NCBI GenBank assembly: GCA_965238075.1
Contig: OZ250173.1
Span: 3,200,001 to 3,264,000 of the forward strand
DNA length: 64,000 nt
DNA from: Candidatus Entotheonellaceae bacterium
GTDB taxonomy: Bacteria; Tectomicrobia; Entotheonellia; Entotheonellales; Entotheonellaceae
Direction of reading: 5' to 3'
Part shown: in pieces, positions 1-8,027 of the stretch
Layout of the letters: each line of letters begins with the position of its first letter
Position numbering within the stretch: position 1 is the first letter of the stretch
Notes under the pieces: model-generated
What the model saw: the letters and a program-made list of their open reading frames with translations, nothing else
Told to the model about the DNA's origin: nothing
The model's database searches: none
Translations under genes and position numbers: made by a program

Positions 1-519
1 GACGTTCTCGACCACGTATCGCGGCACGAACGCCTGGTCCAACAGGGGGTGGATTCGGATCAGCCGCTCACTGGAATTGTAAGCCCCGAAGCGGATCGAC
101 CGGCGCGGGCGCCTCGGCGGCCGGCGGCCCCAGGTAATGCGTGCCTGCACTCGGTTGCCAAAATAGTCGCGGTTCAACGCTTGGTAAATCGCCTCAAGGT
201 CGAAATACTGCCCTCCAGATTGAAGTATGCGGGAATGGGTGCGGCGTTGGCGCTGGGGTTTCAGCAGGTGTTGGTGGCGTCGCACGTATTGCCGGAGGAT
301 GGCGGACGCCCCGGCGTTCGTGCCACGGACATGGGCGACCAAAGCCCGCCACACGGCTTCAGGCGCCTGGCGAAACATTACCTGTATCCGCAGGTGATAG
401 CCGGCGACGGCGTTGCCCTTGACCGAGACCATAACGGAACGGTTGTCGGTCCACACCAATGACACAGGCGCGGAAAGCCGCTGGCTGAGCCATAAGCGCC
501 GTTCGTCATCCCCGCCCAT
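1..519 (-). CDS. SprT-like/M48-type zinc metalloprotease (partial, runs off window start)
   Basis: Not in ORF track. ATG at 519 gives MGGDDERRLWLSQRL...QYFDLEAIYQALNRDYFGNRVQARITWGRR...IRFGAYNSSERLIRIHPLLDQAFVPRYVVENV, the segment that precedes HExxH in SprT-like proteins. Confidence 0.75.
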   Translation of the reverse strand, partial: MGGDDERRLWLSQRLSAPVSLVWTDNRSVMVSVKGNAVAGYHLRIQVMFRQAPEAVWRALVAHVRGTNAGASAILRQYVRRHQHLLKPQRQRRTHSRILQSGGQYFDLEAIYQALNRDYFGNRVQARITWGRRPPRRPRRSIRFGAYNSSERLIRIHPLLDQAFVPRYVVENV

Positions 520-550
520 TTGCCCTTCCCCTTGTAACCGGATTGGCGTC

Positions 551-1837
551 TTATCCGTCATCACGACTGAGTAAATCCAGACCGCACCTTTGGCACAGGG
601 GCATTGCTTCCAGAAAATTTCCTGCCAGCGCAGGCTCTGTTGCCGGACGGTCGCACCACCAACACGGCTCCCCGTATTGATACAGCGCTTGGAGCAGGGC
701 CATCAACTCTGGGTGGTCGCGCCGCCGTACCCTGCCCTTTTGCTCAAAACGCTGCCGCAGCGCCAGCAGTCGTCCCCGGCGGTGCTCACTCGAGCCCTCG
801 AAGGCAAATTGCACGGCCTCGTGCTGACGCCTCGCAATGCGCCGCTGGCCGCGTTCGATGGTATAGGCCAGCAAAAACGGCACGGCGAAGACCGATACGA
901 AGAAATAGAGGATGAGCCCCGCATAGGTGGCAAGACCGGTGCCAAAACGCCGCAACCCGGCGATGAATCGCTGGCCGGGTTCGTCGGTGGCGTCGCAGGC
1001 GTGAAGCGTTTGCATGTAATGTTCGGCCGCGCCGGGATTGAGGATGCCGGCGCCGAGGCTCCGGCCTGAGCCGGTGACCGGATCCGCCGTACGGGTGAGC
1101 GCTTTCAGGCCGGTCCGGGGTGTCGCGCAAGGCACATCCAGGAGGAGTTGTCCGAGCACCCCGGCCACCAGCGGACTGGCAAACGAGGTGCCGCTGGCCA
1201 TGCCCATCTGCAGCGGGCTTCTGACGAACTGCCAACCCGGCGCGCACAGGCTGATCCAGGGGCCGTGGTTGGAATAGGCTGCCTTTTTCCGGCTGTGTCG
1301 CGTGCTTGAACAGACGCCGACCACCTCCGGCAGTGCCGCGGGGTAAAAGGGTTCGTCCCGGTCGTCGTTGCCCGCCGCGGCGATGAAAATCAGACCGGCG
1401 TCCCGCAGCCGACGCACCTGCGTGTGCATGATCTCGTCATAGGCATAGCTACCCAGGCTGACGTTGACCAGGAGCGTCGTTTCGGCGTCGTACTGGCGGC
1501 TGAGGTCCCCGATATGTAGCAGCGCCTGCACGATGTTGCGGGCGCTGAGATCGCCGTGCAGGTTGATCGGCTGTGTCGTGCAGAGGGGGCATTGCCGTTG
1601 GATGACGCTGCGCACCTGCGCTCCATGCGCGTCGAAGGCGCCCTGCGTGTCCACCACGAAGATGACTACCTGTTGGCGCGTGGACGCCGCCCTTGCTGGC
1701 GTATCTTCATGGCGCGGTGCGGGCGGCGACAGCGGCACCCCGAAGAGGCCTGTGAGGGTAAGCCAGCCGGCGGCAATCACGGCGCCGTAGATAACCGTCC
1801 GCCGGTGCCGTTTGTAAGGGGCATCCTCCTCAGTCAT
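551..1837 (-). CDS. Membrane-anchored S8 (subtilisin-like) serine peptidase
   Basis: VVDT, HGAQV, AAAGND and GTSFASPLVAG motifs; N-terminal and internal hydrophobic helices; C-terminal CWWC..CQRC. Confidence 0.8.
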   Translation of the reverse strand: MTEEDAPYKRHRRTVIYGAVIAAGWLTLTGLFGVPLSPPAPRHEDTPARAASTRQQVVIFVVDTQGAFDAHGAQVRSVIQRQCPLCTTQPINLHGDLSARNIVQALLHIGDLSRQYDAETTLLVNVSLGSYAYDEIMHTQVRRLRDAGLIFIAAAGNDDRDEPFYPAALPEVVGVCSSTRHSRKKAAYSNHGPWISLCAPGWQFVRSPLQMGMASGTSFASPLVAGVLGQLLLDVPCATPRTGLKALTRTADPVTGSGRSLGAGILNPGAAEHYMQTLHACDATDEPGQRFIAGLRRFGTGLATYAGLILYFFVSVFAVPFLLAYTIERGQRRIARRQHEAVQFAFEGSSEHRRGRLLALRQRFEQKGRVRRRDHPELMALLQALYQYGEPCWWCDRPATEPALAGNFLEAMPLCQRCGLDLLSRDDG

Positions 1838-1860
1838 GCCTGCATGTGGCGCTGGGTAGG

Positions 1861-2643
1861 CTAAACCACTGCGCCAGCTCCCCCATCGATGTTGACCGCG
1901 GTGCCGGTGATAAACGCGGCGCGGGCCGAGGCCAGGAACGCCACCAGGTCGGCGACATCTTCGGCCTCGCCGATGCGACCGACCGGCGTGCGCTTGCCAA
2001 CCTGCTCGTAATACGCTTCCAGGGAGATTTCCGGCGCCTCAAGCTGATGACGGCGCTCCCACTGGGCGCTTTTCAGAATGCCCAGGCAGATCGTATTCAC
2101 CAGGATATTCTCCGGGGCGTACTCGGTGGCCATGGATTTGGTCAGATTGATCCCGGCGGCGCGGCTGACGGAGGTGGGCAGGGTCTTCTGGCCCGGGGCT
2201 TTGCCGCCGATCGTTGTCATGTTGATGATGCGTCCGCCACCGCGCTGGCGCATGAACGGAATGGCGGCTTTGGAACAGCGGATGGTGCCGAACAGCTTGA
2301 TCTCCAGGTCCTCGCGCCACAGGTCGTCGTCCGCGTCCAGGAAGGCCTTGGCGCGCGAACCGCCGGCGTTGTTCACCAGGATGTCGATGCCGCCGTAGCG
2401 CTCGACGGTTTGGTTGATGAGATTGTTGACCTCTGCATCGCTGCACACGTCCGTCGGCACGGCCAGCACCTCAACGCCGGTTTGCGCCTTGATCATGCCG
2501 GCGGCCTCCTGCAGCACCTCCGGGCGACGCGCGCAGATGGCCACGTGGGCGCCTTCCTCACACAGCCGAACGGCCGATGCCCTGCCGATGCCTTCGCTGC
2601 CGCCAGTAATGATCGCCACCTTCCCTTCCAACCCGAGATCCAT
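1861..2643 (-). CDS. SDR family oxidoreductase
   Basis: TGGSEGIG, DILVNNAG, C-terminal INIDGG-like motif; YxxxK degenerate (TSVSR). Confidence 0.9.
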   Translation of the reverse strand: MDLGLEGKVAIITGGSEGIGRASAVRLCEEGAHVAICARRPEVLQEAAGMIKAQTGVEVLAVPTDVCSDAEVNNLINQTVERYGGIDILVNNAGGSRAKAFLDADDDLWREDLEIKLFGTIRCSKAAIPFMRQRGGGRIINMTTIGGKAPGQKTLPTSVSRAAGINLTKSMATEYAPENILVNTICLGILKSAQWERRHQLEAPEISLEAYYEQVGKRTPVGRIGEAEDVADLVAFLASARAAFITGTAVNIDGGAGAVV

Positions 2644-2664
2644 AACGTCTGTTCCTCATAACAA

Positions 2665-2740
2665 ATAGGTCGGATTAACCGCAGGCGTCATCCGACAATT
2701 CGGCTGTAAAGTCGGATTACGCTTCGCTAATCCGACCTAC
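2665..2740. repeat. Inverted REP doublet (REPIN-like), GTAG-type
   Basis: ATAG-GTCGGATT..ATCCGAC, a 14-nt spacer, then GTCGGATTACGCTTCGCTAATCCGAC-CTAC. Confidence 0.75.
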
Positions 2741-2821
2741 CCTTTTGGTTGGCAAAGTATATCATGCCGGGTTGAACCGAATCGTGGCGCCGGGGGACTC
2801 CGGGGACGGGTGGGAAGCAAC

Positions 2822-2856
2822 AAAAGCGGGGGCCGGAGGCCCGTGTGAACCCCCGG
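2822..2856 (-). terminator. Intrinsic terminator after the lactonase gene
   Basis: CGGGGG..CCCCCG stem followed by CTTTTGTT on the minus strand. Confidence 0.5.
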
Positions 2857-2882
2857 CGATTCTGCCATCTATACAGGCAGGT

Positions 2883-3965
2883 TTACGGCAATTGGTAACC
2901 TTCCTTGCCAACGCGGATGCGGTACAGGCTCTTGCCCGAGGTTACGTACAGCAGGTTGGCGTCGTCACCGCGGCCAAAGCCGACGTTGGTGGGCAATTCT
3001 TCACCCGTCGAGATGAAGGCCAATTCGTTGCCTTGCGGGTCGAGGACCTGCACACCGGCTTTCCACTCACAGCGCGACGCCACCCAGACGTTGCCGTCCA
3101 CGTCGGCCACCATGCCGTCGGGGCCGCTGCACGGCGGGTCGAGCTTGCCGTAGTCGATCAGCACGCGGCGGTTGCTCAGGTTGCCGTTGTCGTCCACGTC
3201 ATAAGCCTGCAGCAGGTGCGGGCCTACCACGGGGCTTTCGCCCTCCTTGAGGTTCTGGAATTCGAACCAGCCGTTGTCGTTGCTGACGATGTACATCGTC
3301 TTCTGGTCCGGGGAAATGAGGATGCCGTTGCACTTGGCGCAGTTGGCCGCCACGCGCGCCACGCTGCCGTCCGGGTCGAGCCGGTAGGCGGCATAGCCGT
3401 CCTGGAAGATGGGCTCGTGGCCCAAATAGCGCGGATCGGTGAAATAGATGCGCCCTTGTTCATCAATGGTGATGTCGTTGAGCGCGTTGTAGGGTCGGCC
3501 GTCATAGCGACCAGACAGAATATAGGTTTTGCCGGTCGCCATGTCGGTCTTGACCAGCATGCGGCCGCCGTAATCGGCGCCCAGGGCGGCGATCATGTTG
3601 CCGTCGCGGTCGAACTTGATGCCGTTCGACATGCCCGACGGACTGCGGAAGATCGACGTTTCGCCGGTGCCGGGATCGAGCTTCCAGATATTGCCTGCCT
3701 GCAGGTACTGCCCCGAGGGATCCTTGCAGAAGGCCGTGAAGGTGATGTCGCTGAAATAGATCATGCCGTCGTGACCGGCGGCGACGCCCTCGGTGAGCAT
3801 GCAGGCGCCATCGAAAATGCGGTCAAGACGCGCATCGGGCGAAACGAGCGCGGCGTCACCGGACGGCGCCGGGAAGCCCGGATCGTCGGCGAACGCGGCA
3901 GGGGAAATCACGAGCAGCGCGCCCAGCAGCGCGGCACCCCATTTGGCAAGCCGTAAGGTCTTCAT
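2883..3965 (-). CDS. Secreted SMP-30/gluconolactonase/LRE family beta-propeller
   Basis: Signal peptide ending AFA; LTEG, YFSDI, SNG, LND, GPDG and PTNVGFG motifs. Confidence 0.88.
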   Translation of the reverse strand: MKTLRLAKWGAALLGALLVISPAAFADDPGFPAPSGDAALVSPDARLDRIFDGACMLTEGVAAGHDGMIYFSDITFTAFCKDPSGQYLQAGNIWKLDPGTGETSIFRSPSGMSNGIKFDRDGNMIAALGADYGGRMLVKTDMATGKTYILSGRYDGRPYNALNDITIDEQGRIYFTDPRYLGHEPIFQDGYAAYRLDPDGSVARVAANCAKCNGILISPDQKTMYIVSNDNGWFEFQNLKEGESPVVGPHLLQAYDVDDNGNLSNRRVLIDYGKLDPPCSGPDGMVADVDGNVWVASRCEWKAGVQVLDPQGNELAFISTGEELPTNVGFGRGDDANLLYVTSGKSLYRIRVGKEGYQLP

Positions 3966-4084
3966 CGTTCTCTCCTTTGCAGGGGGTCGAAATTCAGGAA
4001 TGCCTCAGCATGGTGGGAGTTGGCGCCCAAACGGGCCACTCCGGGAACGGAGGCGATTATAAATTTTACCTGTGTGATTATCAA

Positions 4085-4900
4085 TCAATGCATAACCAAG
4101 CCGCCGGCGACGTTGAGCGCAATGCCTGTCACGTTGTCGGCCTGGGCCAGGTAAACGACCGCCTGGCCGATGTCGTCGGGGGTCTGCGGACGACCCAGCG
4201 GCATGAGGGTTTCGGCGTACTTCCGGAAGGCGTCGTCGCGGTCCTCCCCCACCTGCTCGACGCGCTGCGGCAACAGGATGTCGAGCCACATGGCGGTGCC
4301 GAGAATGCCGGGACAGACCGCATTGACCGTGATGTTGTGCGGTGCCGCCTCGTGCGCCAGGGACTGCGTGAAGCCGACGACGGCGAACTTGGAGGCGCAG
4401 TAGGCCGACAGGCGGGCGTTGCCGCGCTTGCCGGCAATGGAGGCGGTGTTGATGATGCGGCCCTGGCGCCGCTCGATCATGCCGGGAAGCACCGCCTTGC
4501 ATCCTAAAAAGACCCCTTTGACGTTGACGTTCATGATGGCGTCCCACTGCGCTTCGGTGGTTTCGACGACGAGCCCGGTATCGATGACCCCGGCGTTGTT
4601 GCAAAGAATGTCGATAGGGCCGAGCTGCTGCGTGACGGTGGCCACCATGGCCTCCACCTGAGCCATGTCGGTCACGTCCGCGGGCACGCCGATGGCGCGG
4701 CCGCCGTGCGCCTTCAGACCCTCCACGGCCTGCATCACGTCGCGCTCGGCGGCGAACGCGTATCCCGCCGTGCCCTGGCTTGGGGTGTACAGATCGGCCA
4801 CGGCGACGTGCACGCCCTGACGCGCCAAAGCGTGGGCCATGCCAAGGCCGATGCCGCGGGCGCCGCCGGTCACGACGGCCACTTTATCTCTTAAATCCAT
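4085..4900 (-). CDS. SDR oxidoreductase, possibly mycofactocin-coupled type
   Basis: Start MDLRDK at 4900; TGGARGIG, NNAG and YCASK motifs; insertion after ADL. Confidence 0.88.
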   Translation of the reverse strand: MDLRDKVAVVTGGARGIGLGMAHALARQGVHVAVADLYTPSQGTAGYAFAAERDVMQAVEGLKAHGGRAIGVPADVTDMAQVEAMVATVTQQLGPIDILCNNAGVIDTGLVVETTEAQWDAIMNVNVKGVFLGCKAVLPGMIERRQGRIINTASIAGKRGNARLSAYCASKFAVVGFTQSLAHEAAPHNITVNAVCPGILGTAMWLDILLPQRVEQVGEDRDDAFRKYAETLMPLGRPQTPDDIGQAVVYLAQADNVTGIALNVAGGLVMH

Positions 4901-5143
4901 AGGATCGACGCTCCTCTGATGCCCTGTTAGGTACCGGTTAGGAAAAATCCGAATCAGTTGGCCAACACAAATCCGTTGCATCATATCACTCAGGGGCCCC
5001 AACCGGCTGGGCAGTACCCGGTTCACGGTCACACACGGGCTCGAGCACGCTCCAGGCTCGGTGAATCGGACGTTTACAAGACGCATCCCGGCCCGGTAAC
5101 CCAAACACCACAGGATTACGCCTGTGACGCCAGTCGCGCCGGC

Positions 5144-5165
5144 TGCAACGTCACACGGCGTTGCA
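5144..5165. promoter_or_regulatory. Candidate enhancer (bEBP upstream activator site)
   Basis: TGCAACG-N8-CGTTGCA inverted repeat about 75-100 nt upstream of a sigma54 site. Confidence 0.5.
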
Positions 5166-5239
5166 ACCCTGCCGTCCGGCGTCCGGAGGAAACATCCGCG
5201 GCGCCTCGTGTGTTGGCGAAAAATCAATGCGTTTCGACT

Positions 5240-5256
5240 TTGGCACAAAGATTGCT
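5240..5256 (+). promoter_or_regulatory. Sigma54 -24/-12 promoter of the hsp20 pair
   Basis: TTGGCAC-AAAGA-TTGCT matches TGGCAC-N5-TTGCW. Confidence 0.8.
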
Positions 5257-5332
5257 ACCCTTTGGTGGGTGTGATTGGGGCGCCATGAGGCGCCCGACGC
5301 TAACCATCCCTTTCTGGATAAGGAATGCGACG

Positions 5333-5779
5333 ATGATAAAAGCTCCTGTGTGGAACGACATCGAAACCCTGTGGCATGAGATGGACAGAGCCTTCACCGG
5401 CCTCCGATTCACGCCGCCGGTGGCAGGCCTGGTGGATCATGCGTTCGGCAGTTATCCGTCGATCCGTTTGCACGAGGGCCCGGATGCTTTGTACGTCGAG
5501 GCCATGGTCCCCGGCGTCGATTCCGAGACCCTCGAGTTGTCCGTGGTCCGGCGTACCCTGACGCTGGCAGGCGAGAAACGGCCCCTGCATACGGACGCCG
5601 AACCGAAGGTGTTTCACCGTAAGGAGCGTTCGGAGGGTCGCTTCGAGCGCCGGTTCACCCTGCCGATGGAGGTGGACACGGACAAGGTAGGCGCCGAGTA
5701 CGCTGATGGCATGCTCAGGGTGACGCTGCCCAAATTGGGCCAGGATACGCCCAAGCAGATCAGCATCCGGACGGCGTAG
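5333..5779 (+). CDS. Hsp20/alpha-crystallin small heat shock protein
   Basis: AAGGA RBS; ERSEGRFERRFTLP..AEYADGMLRVTLPK. Confidence 0.92.
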   Translation: MIKAPVWNDIETLWHEMDRAFTGLRFTPPVAGLVDHAFGSYPSIRLHEGPDALYVEAMVPGVDSETLELSVVRRTLTLAGEKRPLHTDAEPKVFHRKERSEGRFERRFTLPMEVDTDKVGAEYADGMLRVTLPKLGQDTPKQISIRTA

Positions 5780-5834
5780 TGGCCGCGGCAGATCAACGGC
5801 TCAGCAGAGAAATCAACCAAGGAGGAAATTGAAC

Positions 5835-6233
5835 ATGAACGAGTCCAATGTCTCAGTTGCGGAAACGACCCAGGCAACGACTGCGGCACCGACGAACGGC
5901 CATGCCGAGCAGTATATGTCGCCGCCGGTGGACATTCACGAAACCGCGGACGGCTTCGTCCTCGCGGCGGACCTGCCAGGCGTGTCGCAGGACAACCTCG
6001 AGGTGAGCGTAGCCAACAACGTTCTCACCGTCAGGGGGCATGCGCCCCAGAATCTTCCTGGTAAAGCACGGTATCAGGAGTTTCAGTTGGCCTCGGTATT
6101 TCGCCAATTCAGACTCCATAACGCGCTTGATGCGGATCAGGTCGACGCCGAGCTCAAGGACGGCGTCCTGCAACTCCGTATTCCCAAAGCCAAGGCCGCG
6201 GTAGCCCGTCAGATCGAGGTCAAGGTTGCCTAG
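5835..6233 (+). CDS. Hsp20/alpha-crystallin small heat shock protein
   Basis: AGGAGG RBS; PPVDIHET..ADLPGV..AELKDGVLQLRIPK; alternative TTG start at 5829. Confidence 0.92.
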   Translation: MNESNVSVAETTQATTAAPTNGHAEQYMSPPVDIHETADGFVLAADLPGVSQDNLEVSVANNVLTVRGHAPQNLPGKARYQEFQLASVFRQFRLHNALDADQVDAELKDGVLQLRIPKAKAAVARQIEVKVA

Positions 6234-6249
6234 CTGACGGCAGGCGACT

Positions 6250-6280
6250 TCCCGTGCAGGGTCTCACACCCTGCACGGGA
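6250..6280 (+). terminator. Strong hairpin after the hsp20 pair
   Basis: TCCCGTGCAGGG-N7-CCCTGCACGGGA; no clear U-tract. Confidence 0.55.
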
Positions 6281-6463
6281 GTCACGCATCCGATCCTTCC
6301 CGTTCCCCAAGCCCGACACATCCCTCTCCTGTCTTTCCTATCCTTGCACCGGCCTGCTGGCCCCACTAAAATGGCCCCACTTTTGGGTTCTTCTCATGCT
6401 GGGTTTCGTCCTCACGCCAACTTTCTCCAGCCGAGGAGAGAGGAAGCAAAATCGGGAGCCGAT

Positions 6464-6955
6464 ATGTCATCCACTGATACCTTTCTGGCCAACAACGCCC
6501 GTTACGCCGAACAGTTTCAAAAGCAGAACACCCCCTTGCCGCCCGGTAAGCAGACCGCCATCGTCGCCTGCATGGATGCCCGGCTCGAAACGGGTCGCAT
6601 GCTCGGTCTCGAAGAAGGCGATGCCCACGTGATCCGCAACGCCGGTGGTGTTGTCACCGATGACGTGTTGCGCTCCCTCGTCATTTCGCAGCGCCTGCTT
6701 GGCACTCGGGAAATCATCCTCATTCACCACACCGACTGCGGCATGCTGACCTTCAAGGACGACGAGGTGAAAGCCGGGATCGAAGCCGACACCGGCCTGC
6801 GCCCGTCATTCGCGCTGGAGGCGTTTTCGAATCTCGAGGACGACGTGCGGCAGTCCGTGCGCCGCATCCAGACCTGCCCCTTCATTCCGGTGAAGGACCA
6901 CATTCGCGGTTTCGTCTACGACGTCGAGACCGGCCACTTGAACGAAGTAACCTGA
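6464..6955 (+). CDS. Beta-class carbonic anhydrase
   Basis: CMDAR and HHTDCG zinc ligands; IRNAGG. Confidence 0.93.
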   Translation: MSSTDTFLANNARYAEQFQKQNTPLPPGKQTAIVACMDARLETGRMLGLEEGDAHVIRNAGGVVTDDVLRSLVISQRLLGTREIILIHHTDCGMLTFKDDEVKAGIEADTGLRPSFALEAFSNLEDDVRQSVRRIQTCPFIPVKDHIRGFVYDVETGHLNEVT

Positions 6956-7044
6956 CAGGGTGCGCTCTCCGGCGCCCTGCGCCGGCCGATACGTTGCCAA
7001 TGGCACCGTTCCCGAAAACTCAGCCCATATAGGAAAGCTTGTTT

Positions 7045-7494
7045 ATGAAGCCCCTGCGTCTCGCTCTTGCCTTGTTTGCCGCTATGTTTCTGTGGAATGG
7101 TGCCGTTGTTCACGCCACCGCAACGGACCCGGATTGCGCCTCCGAAGAGGACAAGGTCCCTTGCCTGGCGATAAAAGGCGACCCAATGGCCATGTATATG
7201 ATGGGAAGACGCGCCTATGACGCCGGCCGCATATCCGGGGATTTGACGGAGGCGCTGGCGTGGGGGCGCAAGGTGGTCGAGATGAGACGGCACACCGGCG
7301 GGCAGTTGCTGAAAATGGTGTATTTGCAGCTGGGCGGGGGTGTGCACCGTGACTATGTGCAGGCCCACGTCTGGCTGCGCGAAGCCATCGACAGTGCCGA
7401 GGCGAACCTGTACCTGATTCCATGGCTGGAACGGCTGGAGGCGAAGATGGAGCCGGAGGAGATTGAAAGGGCCAAGCAACTGGCGGCCAACTGA
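7045..7494 (+). CDS. Secreted Sel1-like repeat protein
   Basis: Signal peptide; GDPMAMYMMG and GVHRDYVQAHVWLREA..MEPEEIERAKQLA. Confidence 0.6.
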   Translation: MKPLRLALALFAAMFLWNGAVVHATATDPDCASEEDKVPCLAIKGDPMAMYMMGRRAYDAGRISGDLTEALAWGRKVVEMRRHTGGQLLKMVYLQLGGGVHRDYVQAHVWLREAIDSAEANLYLIPWLERLEAKMEPEEIERAKQLAAN

Positions 7495-7521
7495 GAAATT
7501 ACCTGCCGCCGGGAGGAAGAC

Positions 7522-7884
7522 CTACGGTTTGGCTTTGAATTGCGCCTGGATGAACTTGGCCACGACTTCAATTTCGCGCTTACTCAAGATCGGCTTGAAC
7601 GTGGGCATGCCTTTGTTCCGCCGGCCGTTGGTGATGACGGCCACGATTTCTTCGTGATTGAGCTGGGTGTCCCGCAGATTCGCCGCGTACCCGCCGTAGC
7701 TGGGTCCGCCGCTGCCGTCCTGTTTGTGGCACGGTACGCATCTTGCGTACAGCCTTTTCCCTTTCCTCATGTCAGCAATTGCGTCGGCCTCTGAGGTCTG
7801 GGACATCGCCACGCCGGGCAAGATGACGCACAAAATAAGCAACAAGCCGAATACCCCAAACCCAATTCTTCCCGTCACATCCAT
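7522..7884 (-). CDS. Mono-heme cytochrome c, likely acceptor for the PQQ dehydrogenase
   Basis: Signal peptide, CVPCH and GMPTF; directly downstream of the PQQ dehydrogenase. Confidence 0.85.
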   Translation of the reverse strand: MDVTGRIGFGVFGLLLILCVILPGVAMSQTSEADAIADMRKGKRLYARCVPCHKQDGSGGPSYGGYAANLRDTQLNHEEIVAVITNGRRNKGMPTFKPILSKREIEVVAKFIQAQFKAKP

Positions 7885-7984
7885 TCCAAATTTTCCGCCT
7901 ATCAGCATGTTCGTTGCCTGAGAAAGTGGGTCGGATTCAGTGTGTGTCCGGTTGGCTGTCAGAGGTGGGTGCGTGCGAAATGAG

Positions 7985-8017
7985 ACGGGTGAACCGGGAA
8001 TACCGGTCCACCCGTCC
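7985..8017. terminator. Hairpin between the PQQ dehydrogenase and cytochrome c genes
   Basis: GACGGGTG..CCGG / CCGG..CACCCGTC. Confidence 0.45.
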
Positions 8018-8027
8018 GGTTCGAGGG

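Noticed and set aside
49-462. Plus-strand ORFs at the window start
   Set aside because: Shadows of the SprT-like gene on the minus strand
5200-5330. CIRCE or sigma32 control of hsp20
   Set aside because: No TTAGCACTC-N9-GAGTGCTAA; a sigma54 consensus explains the region
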